Below are positions 1 through 7,844 of a stretch of DNA of 32,000 bases, piece by piece. The stretch comes from Desulfotalea psychrophila LSv54 (GTDB taxonomy: Bacteria; Desulfobacterota; Desulfobulbia; Desulfobulbales; Desulfocapsaceae): contig NC_006138.1 of NCBI RefSeq assembly GCF_000025945.1, positions 750,001 to 782,000 on the forward strand, written 5' to 3'. Numbering within the stretch: the stretch's first letter is position 1; each line of letters begins with the position of its first letter. The notes beneath the pieces are model-generated. The model saw only the letters and a program-made list of their open reading frames with translations. It was not told where the DNA came from and searched no databases. A program made the position numbers and the translations under genes.

Positions 1-1253
1 GCATGTTTACAGAGATCAATTCTTTTCGGATTGATAACAATCAGCTTTGCGCCTCGGCGAACAGCATCCTTTATCTGCAGGGCGATAATTGGATGGGCGG
101 CGGTGGTATTGGTACCAATCGCCAGGATTACCTGAGCATCGCCAATTTCGGCAATGGAGTTTGTCATTGCGCCGCTTCCAAAAGCAGTGGCCAGACCGGC
201 CACGGTGGGAGCGTGTCACAAACGGGCGCAGTGATCTATATTGTTGGTTTTCATCACCGTGCGGGTAAATTTTTGCAGGAGGTAGTTTTCCTCGTTGGTG
301 CATTTGGCAGAGGAGACTGCGGCAAAGCTATCACCCTTGTTCTTGGCAAAATTGTCGGCAATGAGATCAAGGGCCTCATCCCAGCTTACCGGCACAAAAC
401 CTTCGGGCCTGCGCACCATGGGGGTGGTGAGTCGTTCCTTTGAGTTGACATAGTTAAAACCAAAGCGGCCCTTAACGCAGAGGCGGCCCCTATTGGCTGG
501 ATTACCATGTTCGCCCCGGGCGCTTACTATCTTGTTATCGCGTACCCCCAGATCAAGTCCACATCCACAGCCACAGTAGGCGCAGACGGTTTTAACCCAG
601 TGGCTCGGCTTAACATAATCTTTTTCAGTAAGGGCTCCCACCGGACAGCGGGCAACACATTCTCCGCAGGATTCGCAGTTAGAGAGGATCCTGGCCTTGT
701 CGCCAAAACCGGCTACCTTGGTTGTCAGACCACGGTAGGCAAAGTCGATGGCGTTGATGTTTTGCAATTCGTCACAGGTACGTATGCAGATACCGCAGAG
801 CACGCATCTATTGGGATCGAAGTCAAAAAACGGGTTGGAGTCATCTATGGGCAGAAGTACCTCCGGCTTTTTCAGGCGAGCCAGATGTTTTTTGTTCACC
901 CCGATATAGTCTGCTGCCTGCTGGAGTTTGCAGGTGGTGTTGCGGGCACAGGCCAGACAGTCCATGTCATGGTCGGCAATGAGCAGTTCAATGGCAATTT
1001 TTCGGGTTTTGGCAATTGTCTCTGTCTCTGTCTCAATGACCATGCCTTCTTCCACGGGGGTCTTGCAGGAGAGGGCATCCCAACGACCGTTTACCCGCAC
1101 GGTGCAGAGGCGACAGGCTCCCACTGGTTCGAGATCGTTATGGTAGCAGAGATGGGGGATATAGATTCCCTTCTGCAGGGCAGCCTGGAGGACATAGCTC
1201 CCCTCGGGGGCAGTTACGGAACGGCCGTTAATCGTTAGTGTTACTTTCTTCAT
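1..1253 (-). CDS. fdhA: NAD-linked formate dehydrogenase alpha subunit, selenocysteine-containing, partial (runs off the left edge)
   Basis: The ORF 216..1253 encodes an N-terminal 2Fe-2S ferredoxin domain, a His/Cys-ligated FeS motif ([15 protein letters not shown]), two 4Fe-4S motifs ([23 protein letters not shown]) and a molybdopterin oxidoreductase domain. The 'stop' at 216-218 is TGA within [24 protein letters not shown], the known FDH selenocysteine context (E. coli FdhF CARV-U-HGPSVAGL). Reading continues in frame to base 1 (...[22 protein letters not shown]). Confidence 0.93.
187..218 (-). promoter_or_regulatory. Sec UGA codon plus bacterial SECIS-like hairpin in fdhA
   Basis: Minus strand reads TGA CACGCTCCCACC GTGGCC GGTCT GGCCAC. 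This is a perfect 6-bp stem with a GGUCU loop 12 nt after UGA, matching the loop sequence and spacing expected from E. coli fdhF SECIS. Confidence 0.88.
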
Positions 1254-1256
1254 ATA

Positions 1257-3140
1257 TTATTCTCCCAACCCATTACCGGGGATGCAGCTAACTGCGGCCC
1301 ATTTTTTCGGACATTTTTCCAGACAAACTCCGCAACGGATACAGAGTGCTTGGTCGATTTGATGTACCTGTCTCTTTTCGCCACTGATGGCCGAGACAGG
1401 GCAGGCCCTGGCGCAGGCAGTACAGCCTGTGCATTTTTCAGGGTCGATGTGAAAAGAGATAAGGTCTTTGCATGCACATGCGGGACAGGCCTTGTCGCGG
1501 ATATGAGCCTCGTACTCGTCTCTAAAATATTTAATGGTGGTGAGAACGGGGTTTGCTGCACTCTTGCCCAGTCCGCAGAGAGAACCAGCGTTAACTGCCT
1601 CGCCCACCTCAAGAAGTAGCTCTATGTCTCCCTCTTTGCCGCGACCGGCGACAATATCTTCAAGGATGTTGAGCATCTGTTTGGTGCCAAGCTTGCAGAG
1701 GGTGCACTGGCCGCAGGACTCTTTTTGGGTGAAATCGAGAAAATATCGGGCAATGTCCACCATACAGGTTGACTCATCCATGACCACCAGTCCACCGGAG
1801 CCCATCATGGCCCCGGCAGAAACCAGAGAGTCATAATCCACAGGGGTATCAAGGGTGTGGGCGGGAAGGCAGCCACCGGAGGGGCCACCGGATTGAATGG
1901 CCTTGAAGGGACTTTCACCGACCATCCCACCACCCAGCTCAAAGACGATTTCACGCAGGGTGGTGCCCATGGGGACTTCGATGAGTCCGCAGTGCTTGAC
2001 CATTCCGGTCAGGGCAAAGACAGCGGTACCCTTGCTCTTCTCGGTACCGATGGCGGCAAAGCTTTCACCGCCGCTGTTGATAATCTTGGGGACATAGGCA
2101 AAGGTCTTTACGTTATTGAGCAGGGTTGGCTTGTCAAAGAGACCCTCGTCGGTGGTACGGGGGCGGGGAGAGGCCTTGGGCATGCCGCGGTAGCCCTGGA
2201 TGGATTGGGTGAGTGCCGTCGATTCCCCGCAGACAAAGGCCCCTGCTCCCTGGAATAGTTCGATGTCAAAGGAGAAGTCTGTGCCGAGGATGTTGGCTCC
2301 GAGGAGGTTTTTCTCCTTGGCCTGATCGATGGCATTTTGCAATCGGGCAATGGCAAGGGGGTATTCTGCCCGGACATAGATATAGCCTTTTTCAGAACCA
2401 ATGGTGAGGCCGGCAATGGCCATGCCCTCAAGAACTGCATGGGGATCACCCTCGAGCACGGATCGATCCATGAAGGCTCCGGGGTCACCTTCATCTGCGT
2501 TACAGACCACATATTTAGGGTGACCTGTAGCTTTCCTGCCCGCCTCCCACTTGCGGGCAGCAGGGAAGCCGCCACCGCCGCGACCGCGTAGGGCAGATTT
2601 TTTTATCTCGGTAAGTACCATGTCAGGGCCCTCTTGCAGGGACTTTTCCAGGGCCAGGTAGCCATCATGGACGAGGTAGTGCTCTATATTGGTGGGGTCG
2701 GTAAAGCCGAAGCTGGCAAAGAGAATTCTTTTTTGCCGGGCAAATTCTGGCTTTTCATCAAGGTATGGCAATTCCTTTTCCCGTTCAATGCCATCTTCTG
2801 GGACGGCAGCAAAGAGATAGTCACGGGGAATCTCTCCTGTTTGCAGGTAGCCAGTCACCAGTTCTTCCGCCCTCTCTCCGTCGACATTTTGAAAGAAGAG
2901 CTTGGTCTTGCCGGGTCTGGCAATACAGATCAGGGGCTCTGTGTAACAGGGGCCAAAGCAACCCACCTCGACAATTTCAGCCTTAACATTTTGTTTTGCC
3001 AGCTCTGTCTCAAAGGCTTTTTTGGTTTTTAGGGCGCCGGCGGAACGTCCACAGGTTGCAGCTCCAATATAGATAACGGTGCCCTTTATAAGTGACTGCC
3101 AGTTCGCCTCTGCCTGCTGTCGTATCTCTTTAATCGTCAT
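1257..3140 (-). CDS. NuoF/HoxF/HndC-like NADH-binding flavoprotein subunit of the formate dehydrogenase complex
   Basis: The protein has an N-terminal thioredoxin-like 2Fe-2S domain, NADH/FMN-binding motifs (GRGGGGFPAARKW, CNADEGDPGAFMDR), ESCGQCTLCKLGT and a C-terminal 2x[4Fe-4S] ferredoxin domain (CTGCTACARACP, CIRCGVCLEKCP). The start is taken at internal ATG MTIKEIRQQ; the track ORF extends to 3170. Confidence 0.9.
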   Translation of the reverse strand: MTIKEIRQQAEANWQSLIKGTVIYIGAATCGRSAGALKTKKAFETELAKQNVKAEIVEVGCFGPCYTEPLICIARPGKTKLFFQNVDGERAEELVTGYLQTGEIPRDYLFAAVPEDGIEREKELPYLDEKPEFARQKRILFASFGFTDPTNIEHYLVHDGYLALEKSLQEGPDMVLTEIKKSALRGRGGGGFPAARKWEAGRKATGHPKYVVCNADEGDPGAFMDRSVLEGDPHAVLEGMAIAGLTIGSEKGYIYVRAEYPLAIARLQNAIDQAKEKNLLGANILGTDFSFDIELFQGAGAFVCGESTALTQSIQGYRGMPKASPRPRTTDEGLFDKPTLLNNVKTFAYVPKIINSGGESFAAIGTEKSKGTAVFALTGMVKHCGLIEVPMGTTLREIVFELGGGMVGESPFKAIQSGGPSGGCLPAHTLDTPVDYDSLVSAGAMMGSGGLVVMDESTCMVDIARYFLDFTQKESCGQCTLCKLGTKQMLNILEDIVAGRGKEGDIELLLEVGEAVNAGSLCGLGKSAANPVLTTIKYFRDEYEAHIRDKACPACACKDLISFHIDPEKCTGCTACARACPVSAISGEKRQVHQIDQALCIRCGVCLEKCPKKWAAVSCIPGNGLGE

Positions 3141-3594
3141 TGGCCTCTTCCTTCTGGTCAAAATATGCATTCATTTTTTTTGGAGTTAAGTTGGCCTCAA
3201 CCTCTTCATTGATCATGACACAGGGAGCAAGGGCACAACAGCCGATGCATGCTGCTGTTTCCAGGGTGTACTCACCATCTTCCGTGGTTTCACCTTCTTT
3301 TATACCAAGGCGTTTTTCAACGCTTGCTATGATCTTTTGAGCCCCTCGTACATGGCAGGCAGTTCCGCGGCAAACGGTGACCTTAGTTTTGCCGACGGGA
3401 GTAAAGCGAAATTGTTCATAAAATGTGGCGACGCCGTAGACGCGACTTTCGGGAATGCGTAAGAAATCGGCGACTTCTCTCATGGCATCTTCCGGCAGGT
3501 AGCCAAATTTGTGTTGGACATTCTGCAGAATGGGAATGAGTTCCATGTCTATGCCTGTGTATGAGTCAAGGATAGTTTTCACGATGTTTTGCAT
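3130..3594 (-). CDS. NuoE/HndA-like 2Fe-2S subunit (24 kDa)
   Basis: MQNIVKTILDSY...YGVATFYEQFRFTPVGKTKVTVCRGTACHVRGA...AACIGCCALAPCVMIN is the thioredoxin-like [2Fe-2S] family. The gene overlaps the downstream NuoF-like start by about 11 bp. Confidence 0.92.
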   Translation of the reverse strand: MQNIVKTILDSYTGIDMELIPILQNVQHKFGYLPEDAMREVADFLRIPESRVYGVATFYEQFRFTPVGKTKVTVCRGTACHVRGAQKIIASVEKRLGIKEGETTEDGEYTLETAACIGCCALAPCVMINEEVEANLTPKKMNAYFDQKEEANDD

Positions 3595-4022
3595 GATTTT
3601 GCTCGCAGAATTGATGTTTTGGGAAAAATAAGTATTGATGATATGGTAGTTGTTACTGCTAATTTATAAAATTTACGTCAATAGTCCAAGGTAAATAAAC
3701 GGGACAGCCTAGAGAACATTGCTTCTAAAGGCTATTTATTTTACACCTAAATTTTTTTTAAGGTGAGAAAGATATTTGCAAAAAGAGGAAAACACATATA
3801 TGATATTTTTTCTTGTTCTTATAGAGAACAAAATAACTATTTTGTGAGATTCGTTCAAAGAAAATGATAGCATGTTGTAGGCGAACTTATAAAAAAAGGT
3901 TGTTTTGTATCTTTATGATGCTAAGAGGGTATTTTTTTTGTATTGTAGCAGGAGTGTATTTATTACAATTATGTGCTGTTTTTGTGAACCATTACTCGTA
4001 ACCTCAATTAGATAAGACTGTT

Positions 4023-4295
4023 ATGATATTTGCGGGATTAAAATTAATGCTGGTCGGGATGACCACAGTACTTCTTTTTCTTATTGCGATGATCTTGCTC
4101 ATCCAACTTATTTCTTACTGTACTCGCGGGTTTGCCCGAAAGGAACTTGATGAGATAGAGGCAACAAGGCGTCGACAGGCTGAAGCAAGAAAGAAGAAGG
4201 CAGCAGCGAAGAGGACAGCAGTGGAAAATGTCGATGAAGATATTGCTGTTATTTCTGCAGCGGTTGCAGCCTTTGAAGCAGAGCGATATGCGTAG
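4023..4295 (+). CDS. oadG: Oxaloacetate/acyl-CoA decarboxylase gamma subunit (OadG-like)
   Basis: 90-aa protein with one N-terminal transmembrane helix and a charged, Lys/Ala-rich tail, directly upstream of oadA and oadB in the canonical GAB order. Confidence 0.75.
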   Translation: MIFAGLKLMLVGMTTVLLFLIAMILLIQLISYCTRGFARKELDEIEATRRRQAEARKKKAAAKRTAVENVDEDIAVISAAVAAFEAERYA

Positions 4296-4354
4296 AGCAA
4301 AGACGCAAATGATAAGAGTTAATTCACCCCTTCCAGTATAAGGAGAATGATCAA

Positions 4355-6145
4355 GTGGGTAAGAAAGTAATTAAATTTATGGACACATCCTTTAGGGATG
4401 GGTTTCAGTCGGTTTTTGGTGCTCGAGTTTTGACCGATGACTTTATGCCAGCGGTAAAGGCATCTGTTGATGCAGGTATTACGCATATTGAGGCTGGTGG
4501 TGGAGCTCGTTTTCAGAGTTTGTTTTTTTACTGCGGTGAGTCTGCCTTTGACATGATGGATCGCTTTCGTGCTGAGGTTGGTCCTGATGTAGAGTTACAG
4601 ACACTTGCTCGGGGTATCAACGTAGTGGCCTTGAGCCAATGTCCACGCGATATTATCGATCTCCATGCCAAAATGTTCAAAAAGCACGGAATGACAACCA
4701 TCCGTAACTTTGATGCTCTTAATGATGTGCATAATCTTGAGTACTCTGGTGCCCGTATTGCTCACCATGGTCTGAAGCATCAGATTGTTGTTTCCATGAT
4801 GGATCTTCCTCCCGGCTGTGAAGGTGCGCATACTGCTGAATTTTATATGGATCGTCTCAAGCAGATAATTGCCGCAGATATCCCCTTTGATTCCATCTGT
4901 TTTAAGGATGCCTCTGGTACCTCGAACCCAAGAAAGGTCTACAATACCTTTAAGATGGCTCGTGCTATTGTTCCTGAGGGTACTATCCTTTGGTTTCATA
5001 CCCATGACACTGCCGGTCTTGCCATTGCCCAAAATATGGCGGCTATTGAGGGTGGTGCAGATGGTATTGATCTGGCCAAAAGCCCCGTTAGTGGCGGTAC
5101 CTGTCAGGCTGATATCCTCTCTCAGATGCATGCTCTGAAGGGCACCGATTATACCCTTGATCTGGATTACGAGAAGGTGCTTGTTGCCTCCGAGGCCTTT
5201 GAGTTGGCAATGAAGGACTACTTCATTCCACCCGAAGCCAAGATGGTCTCTCCCACCGTAACCCTGTCACCAATGCCTGGTGGTGCTCTTACAGCCAATA
5301 CCATGATGATGCGTGATACCGGTACCCTTCATCTCTATCCTCAGGTAATCAAAGAGATGTCTGAGGTGGTGAGACGTGGAGGTTTTGGCACTTCGGTGAC
5401 TCCAGTATCTCAGTTTTATTTTCAACAGGCATATCTTAATGTTACTCAGGGGCGCTGGAAGAAGATCAATCCCAGCTATGGCAATATGGTGCTTGGTTAC
5501 TTCGGTAACACTCCTGTTCCAGCTGATCCGGAGATTGTGGCCCTGGCCTCAAAGCAGCTTGGTAAGCCTGTCTTCACCGATGACCCTCTGGATATTCTTG
5601 AGCCTGGTATTCCTAAGGCCACAAAGATCCTTGAGGAAAATAATCTCCCCGTAAGTGATGAAAATATTTTTATTATTGCCAGTTGCGAGCAAAAGGGTCT
5701 GGACTTCCTTCAGGGTAAGGCTATCACCAGTATTCGTAAGATAACCGACGAGAAGCCCGTTGCCCCTAAGGGCAAGGGCAAGAAAGCAGCTCCGGTTGCC
5801 GCTCCTGTTGGTCCTCGTAGCTATAGTATTACCGTTAACAGTCGTGCCTATGATGTTGTGGTTTCGGAAGGTGGCGCTGTTCAGGCTTCTCCTGCTACGG
5901 CAGCTCCGGCCGCAGCCCCTGTTGCCGTTTCAGGCACAGAGGTTGAGGCTCCTACCCCAGGTAATATCCTCAAGATTTTGGTGGATGTTGGTGACAGCGT
6001 GACTGAGAATCAGCCTCTGCTTGTTATGGAGGCGATGAAGATGGAGTCAGAGGTGACAGCTCCCTGTGCCGGTAAGGTGCTTGCCATTGAGGTAGCTACC
6101 GGTGATACGGTACAGGCTGGAACCGAGCTCCTTATTATTGGCTAA
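4355..6145 (+). CDS. oadA: Oxaloacetate decarboxylase / pyruvate carboxylase alpha subunit (carboxyltransferase plus biotinyl domain)
   Basis: FMDTSFRDGFQSVFGARV..., WFHTHDTAGLA, and a C-terminal biotinyl motif LLVMEAMKMESEVTAP. GTG start with AAGGAG about 10 nt upstream. Confidence 0.95.
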   Translation: MGKKVIKFMDTSFRDGFQSVFGARVLTDDFMPAVKASVDAGITHIEAGGGARFQSLFFYCGESAFDMMDRFRAEVGPDVELQTLARGINVVALSQCPRDIIDLHAKMFKKHGMTTIRNFDALNDVHNLEYSGARIAHHGLKHQIVVSMMDLPPGCEGAHTAEFYMDRLKQIIAADIPFDSICFKDASGTSNPRKVYNTFKMARAIVPEGTILWFHTHDTAGLAIAQNMAAIEGGADGIDLAKSPVSGGTCQADILSQMHALKGTDYTLDLDYEKVLVASEAFELAMKDYFIPPEAKMVSPTVTLSPMPGGALTANTMMMRDTGTLHLYPQVIKEMSEVVRRGGFGTSVTPVSQFYFQQAYLNVTQGRWKKINPSYGNMVLGYFGNTPVPADPEIVALASKQLGKPVFTDDPLDILEPGIPKATKILEENNLPVSDENIFIIASCEQKGLDFLQGKAITSIRKITDEKPVAPKGKGKKAAPVAAPVGPRSYSITVNSRAYDVVVSEGGAVQASPATAAPAAAPVAVSGTEVEAPTPGNILKILVDVGDSVTENQPLLVMEAMKMESEVTAPCAGKVLAIEVATGDTVQAGTELLIIG

Positions 6146-6222
6146 CATGCCCACCCTATTTTCTGGCTTCTCTCTTCGGAGGGGAGTCAGGATGTTCTAG
6201 GATTTCTTTCGCAGGATAGATC

Positions 6223-7728
6223 ATGAAAATGCGTTTTTTTGTCAATGTACTCTTCGTCCTCCTGGCCTTCTGTGGTCAGGCAGTAGCGGCGGATGTTGTT
6301 TCTATAGTGTCTCCCGTTGATGCAACCGTTAAGCATGTTGATATGCAGATAGATGGCTATGTGTATAGTGGGGATGCCCTGGTGGTGCTTAAACAGGATG
6401 ATGGCACTATTCTCAGTCTGAAGGCTGGTGTTGCTGGTAAGGTTACCGGTGTAGAAATCCAAGCGTTTCAGAGGGTTACGGCTGGACAGACCTTGGGTCG
6501 CATAGAGGCTTCGGCCATCGTTGTCGACACCCCTGCGGTATCAACGACAAGTCATCTTCCCTCTGTTTCAAAACTTGCCGGCAGGCTTTTTGAGACCACG
6601 GGAATTTATGGTTTTATCGAGGGCCAGACCAAGGATTGGACCATGGGAATTGGTCGAGTCCTGATGATCTGCGTCGGTCTGCTGCTTATCTACCTGGGTA
6701 TCTTTAAGGGCTTTGAGCCACTTTTACTTATTCCTATCGGCTACGGTGCTATCCTCTCCAATATTCCCTTGGCCGGTATTGCCGGCCCCGGTGGTCTCCT
6801 TCACTATATCTATGAAGTTGGTATCATGACCGGTGTTTTTCCTCTGATCATCTTCATGGGCGTTGGTGCCCTGACCGATTTTGGGCCGATGATCGCTAAT
6901 CCTAAGCTCATCCTCCTTGGTGGAGCTGCTCAGTTTGGTATTTTTACCACCCTGCTCGGTGCCCTCTTTTTAAGTGATATGGTCTCAGGAATTAACTTCT
7001 CCCTTCGCGATGCAGCCTCCATTGGTATTATTGGCGGTGCAGATGGGCCTACGGCAATCTTTCTTTCCAGTAAGTTGTCGCCTCGTCTATTAGGCTCTAT
7101 TGCCATTGCTGCCTATTCTTACATGGCCCTTGTGCCTCTTATCCAGCCGCCTATTATGAGGTGGCTGACCACCGAGGATGAGCGACAGATTAAAATGGTC
7201 CAGTTGCGTCATGTTTCAAAGATAGAAAAGATTATTTTGCCTCTTCTGGTGCTTGGTATCTGCGTCCTCCTTCTTCCTTCGGCGGCGCCTCTGATTGGTA
7301 TGTTTATGCTGGGTAATCTGGCCAAGGAGTGTGGTGTGATTGATAGGTTGTCCGATACTATCAAAAATTCACTGATGTATATTGTTACCATCTTTTTAGG
7401 ACTGGGCGTTGGTAGTAAGCTTTCAGCTGAAAAGTTTTTAAATCTTGAAACCCTGGGCATTCTTGCTCTGGGAATGATTGCCTTTGGGATTGGCACCGCT
7501 TCTGGGTTATTGTTGGCAAAACTTATGAATAAATTTTCTAAGACTCCAATTAATCCATTAATAGGCGCAGCTGGAGTTTCTGCTGTACCTATGGCTGCTC
7601 GTGTGGTAAATAAAGTAGGTCTTGAAGCAAATCCTCAAAATCACTTGCTTATGCATGCAATGGGCGCAAATGTGTCTGGTGTTATCGGTTCCGCTGTTGC
7701 TGCGGGTGTTTTGCTTGCTTTGTTGTAG
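6223..7728 (+). CDS. oadB: Na+-translocating decarboxylase beta subunit (OadB) with an N-terminal signal peptide and lipoyl-like domain
   Basis: The C-terminal ~375 aa are typical OadB ([85 protein letters not shown]). The N-terminus is [23 protein letters not shown] followed by a two-half sandwich-like segment. Confidence 0.95.
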   Translation: MKMRFFVNVLFVLLAFCGQAVAADVVSIVSPVDATVKHVDMQIDGYVYSGDALVVLKQDDGTILSLKAGVAGKVTGVEIQAFQRVTAGQTLGRIEASAIVVDTPAVSTTSHLPSVSKLAGRLFETTGIYGFIEGQTKDWTMGIGRVLMICVGLLLIYLGIFKGFEPLLLIPIGYGAILSNIPLAGIAGPGGLLHYIYEVGIMTGVFPLIIFMGVGALTDFGPMIANPKLILLGGAAQFGIFTTLLGALFLSDMVSGINFSLRDAASIGIIGGADGPTAIFLSSKLSPRLLGSIAIAAYSYMALVPLIQPPIMRWLTTEDERQIKMVQLRHVSKIEKIILPLLVLGICVLLLPSAAPLIGMFMLGNLAKECGVIDRLSDTIKNSLMYIVTIFLGLGVGSKLSAEKFLNLETLGILALGMIAFGIGTASGLLLAKLMNKFSKTPINPLIGAAGVSAVPMAARVVNKVGLEANPQNHLLMHAMGANVSGVIGSAVAAGVLLALL

Positions 7729-7751
7729 AGACTGCTACCAAACCAAAAACG

Positions 7752-7785
7752 AAAAGGGCCTGTCGCTTAGCGACAGGCCCTTTTT
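7752..7785 (+). terminator. Rho-independent terminator after oadB, possibly bidirectional with letB
   Basis: AAAAGGGCCTGTCGC TTA GCGACAGGCCCTTTTT has a perfect GC-rich stem and a T-tract. Confidence 0.92.
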
Positions 7786-7844
7786 GTGTCTAACTCTTCT
7801 CTCCAGATAGCCTTAGGCCTTCCCCTTTTTGCCTGCATTGCCAG

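Noticed and set aside
3-443. Plus-strand 146-aa ORF at the left edge
   Set aside because: Antisense shadow of the selenoprotein FdhA coding sequence. The minus frame carries clear family motifs.
1250-1612. 120-aa minus-strand ORF
   Set aside because: Out-of-frame shadow within the NuoF-like C-terminus; the alternative frame has clear 4Fe-4S motifs.
3813-3831. TTGTTCT...AGAACAA hairpin as a terminator
   Set aside because: Weak, AU-rich stem without a proper T-tract in either orientation that matches a nearby gene end.
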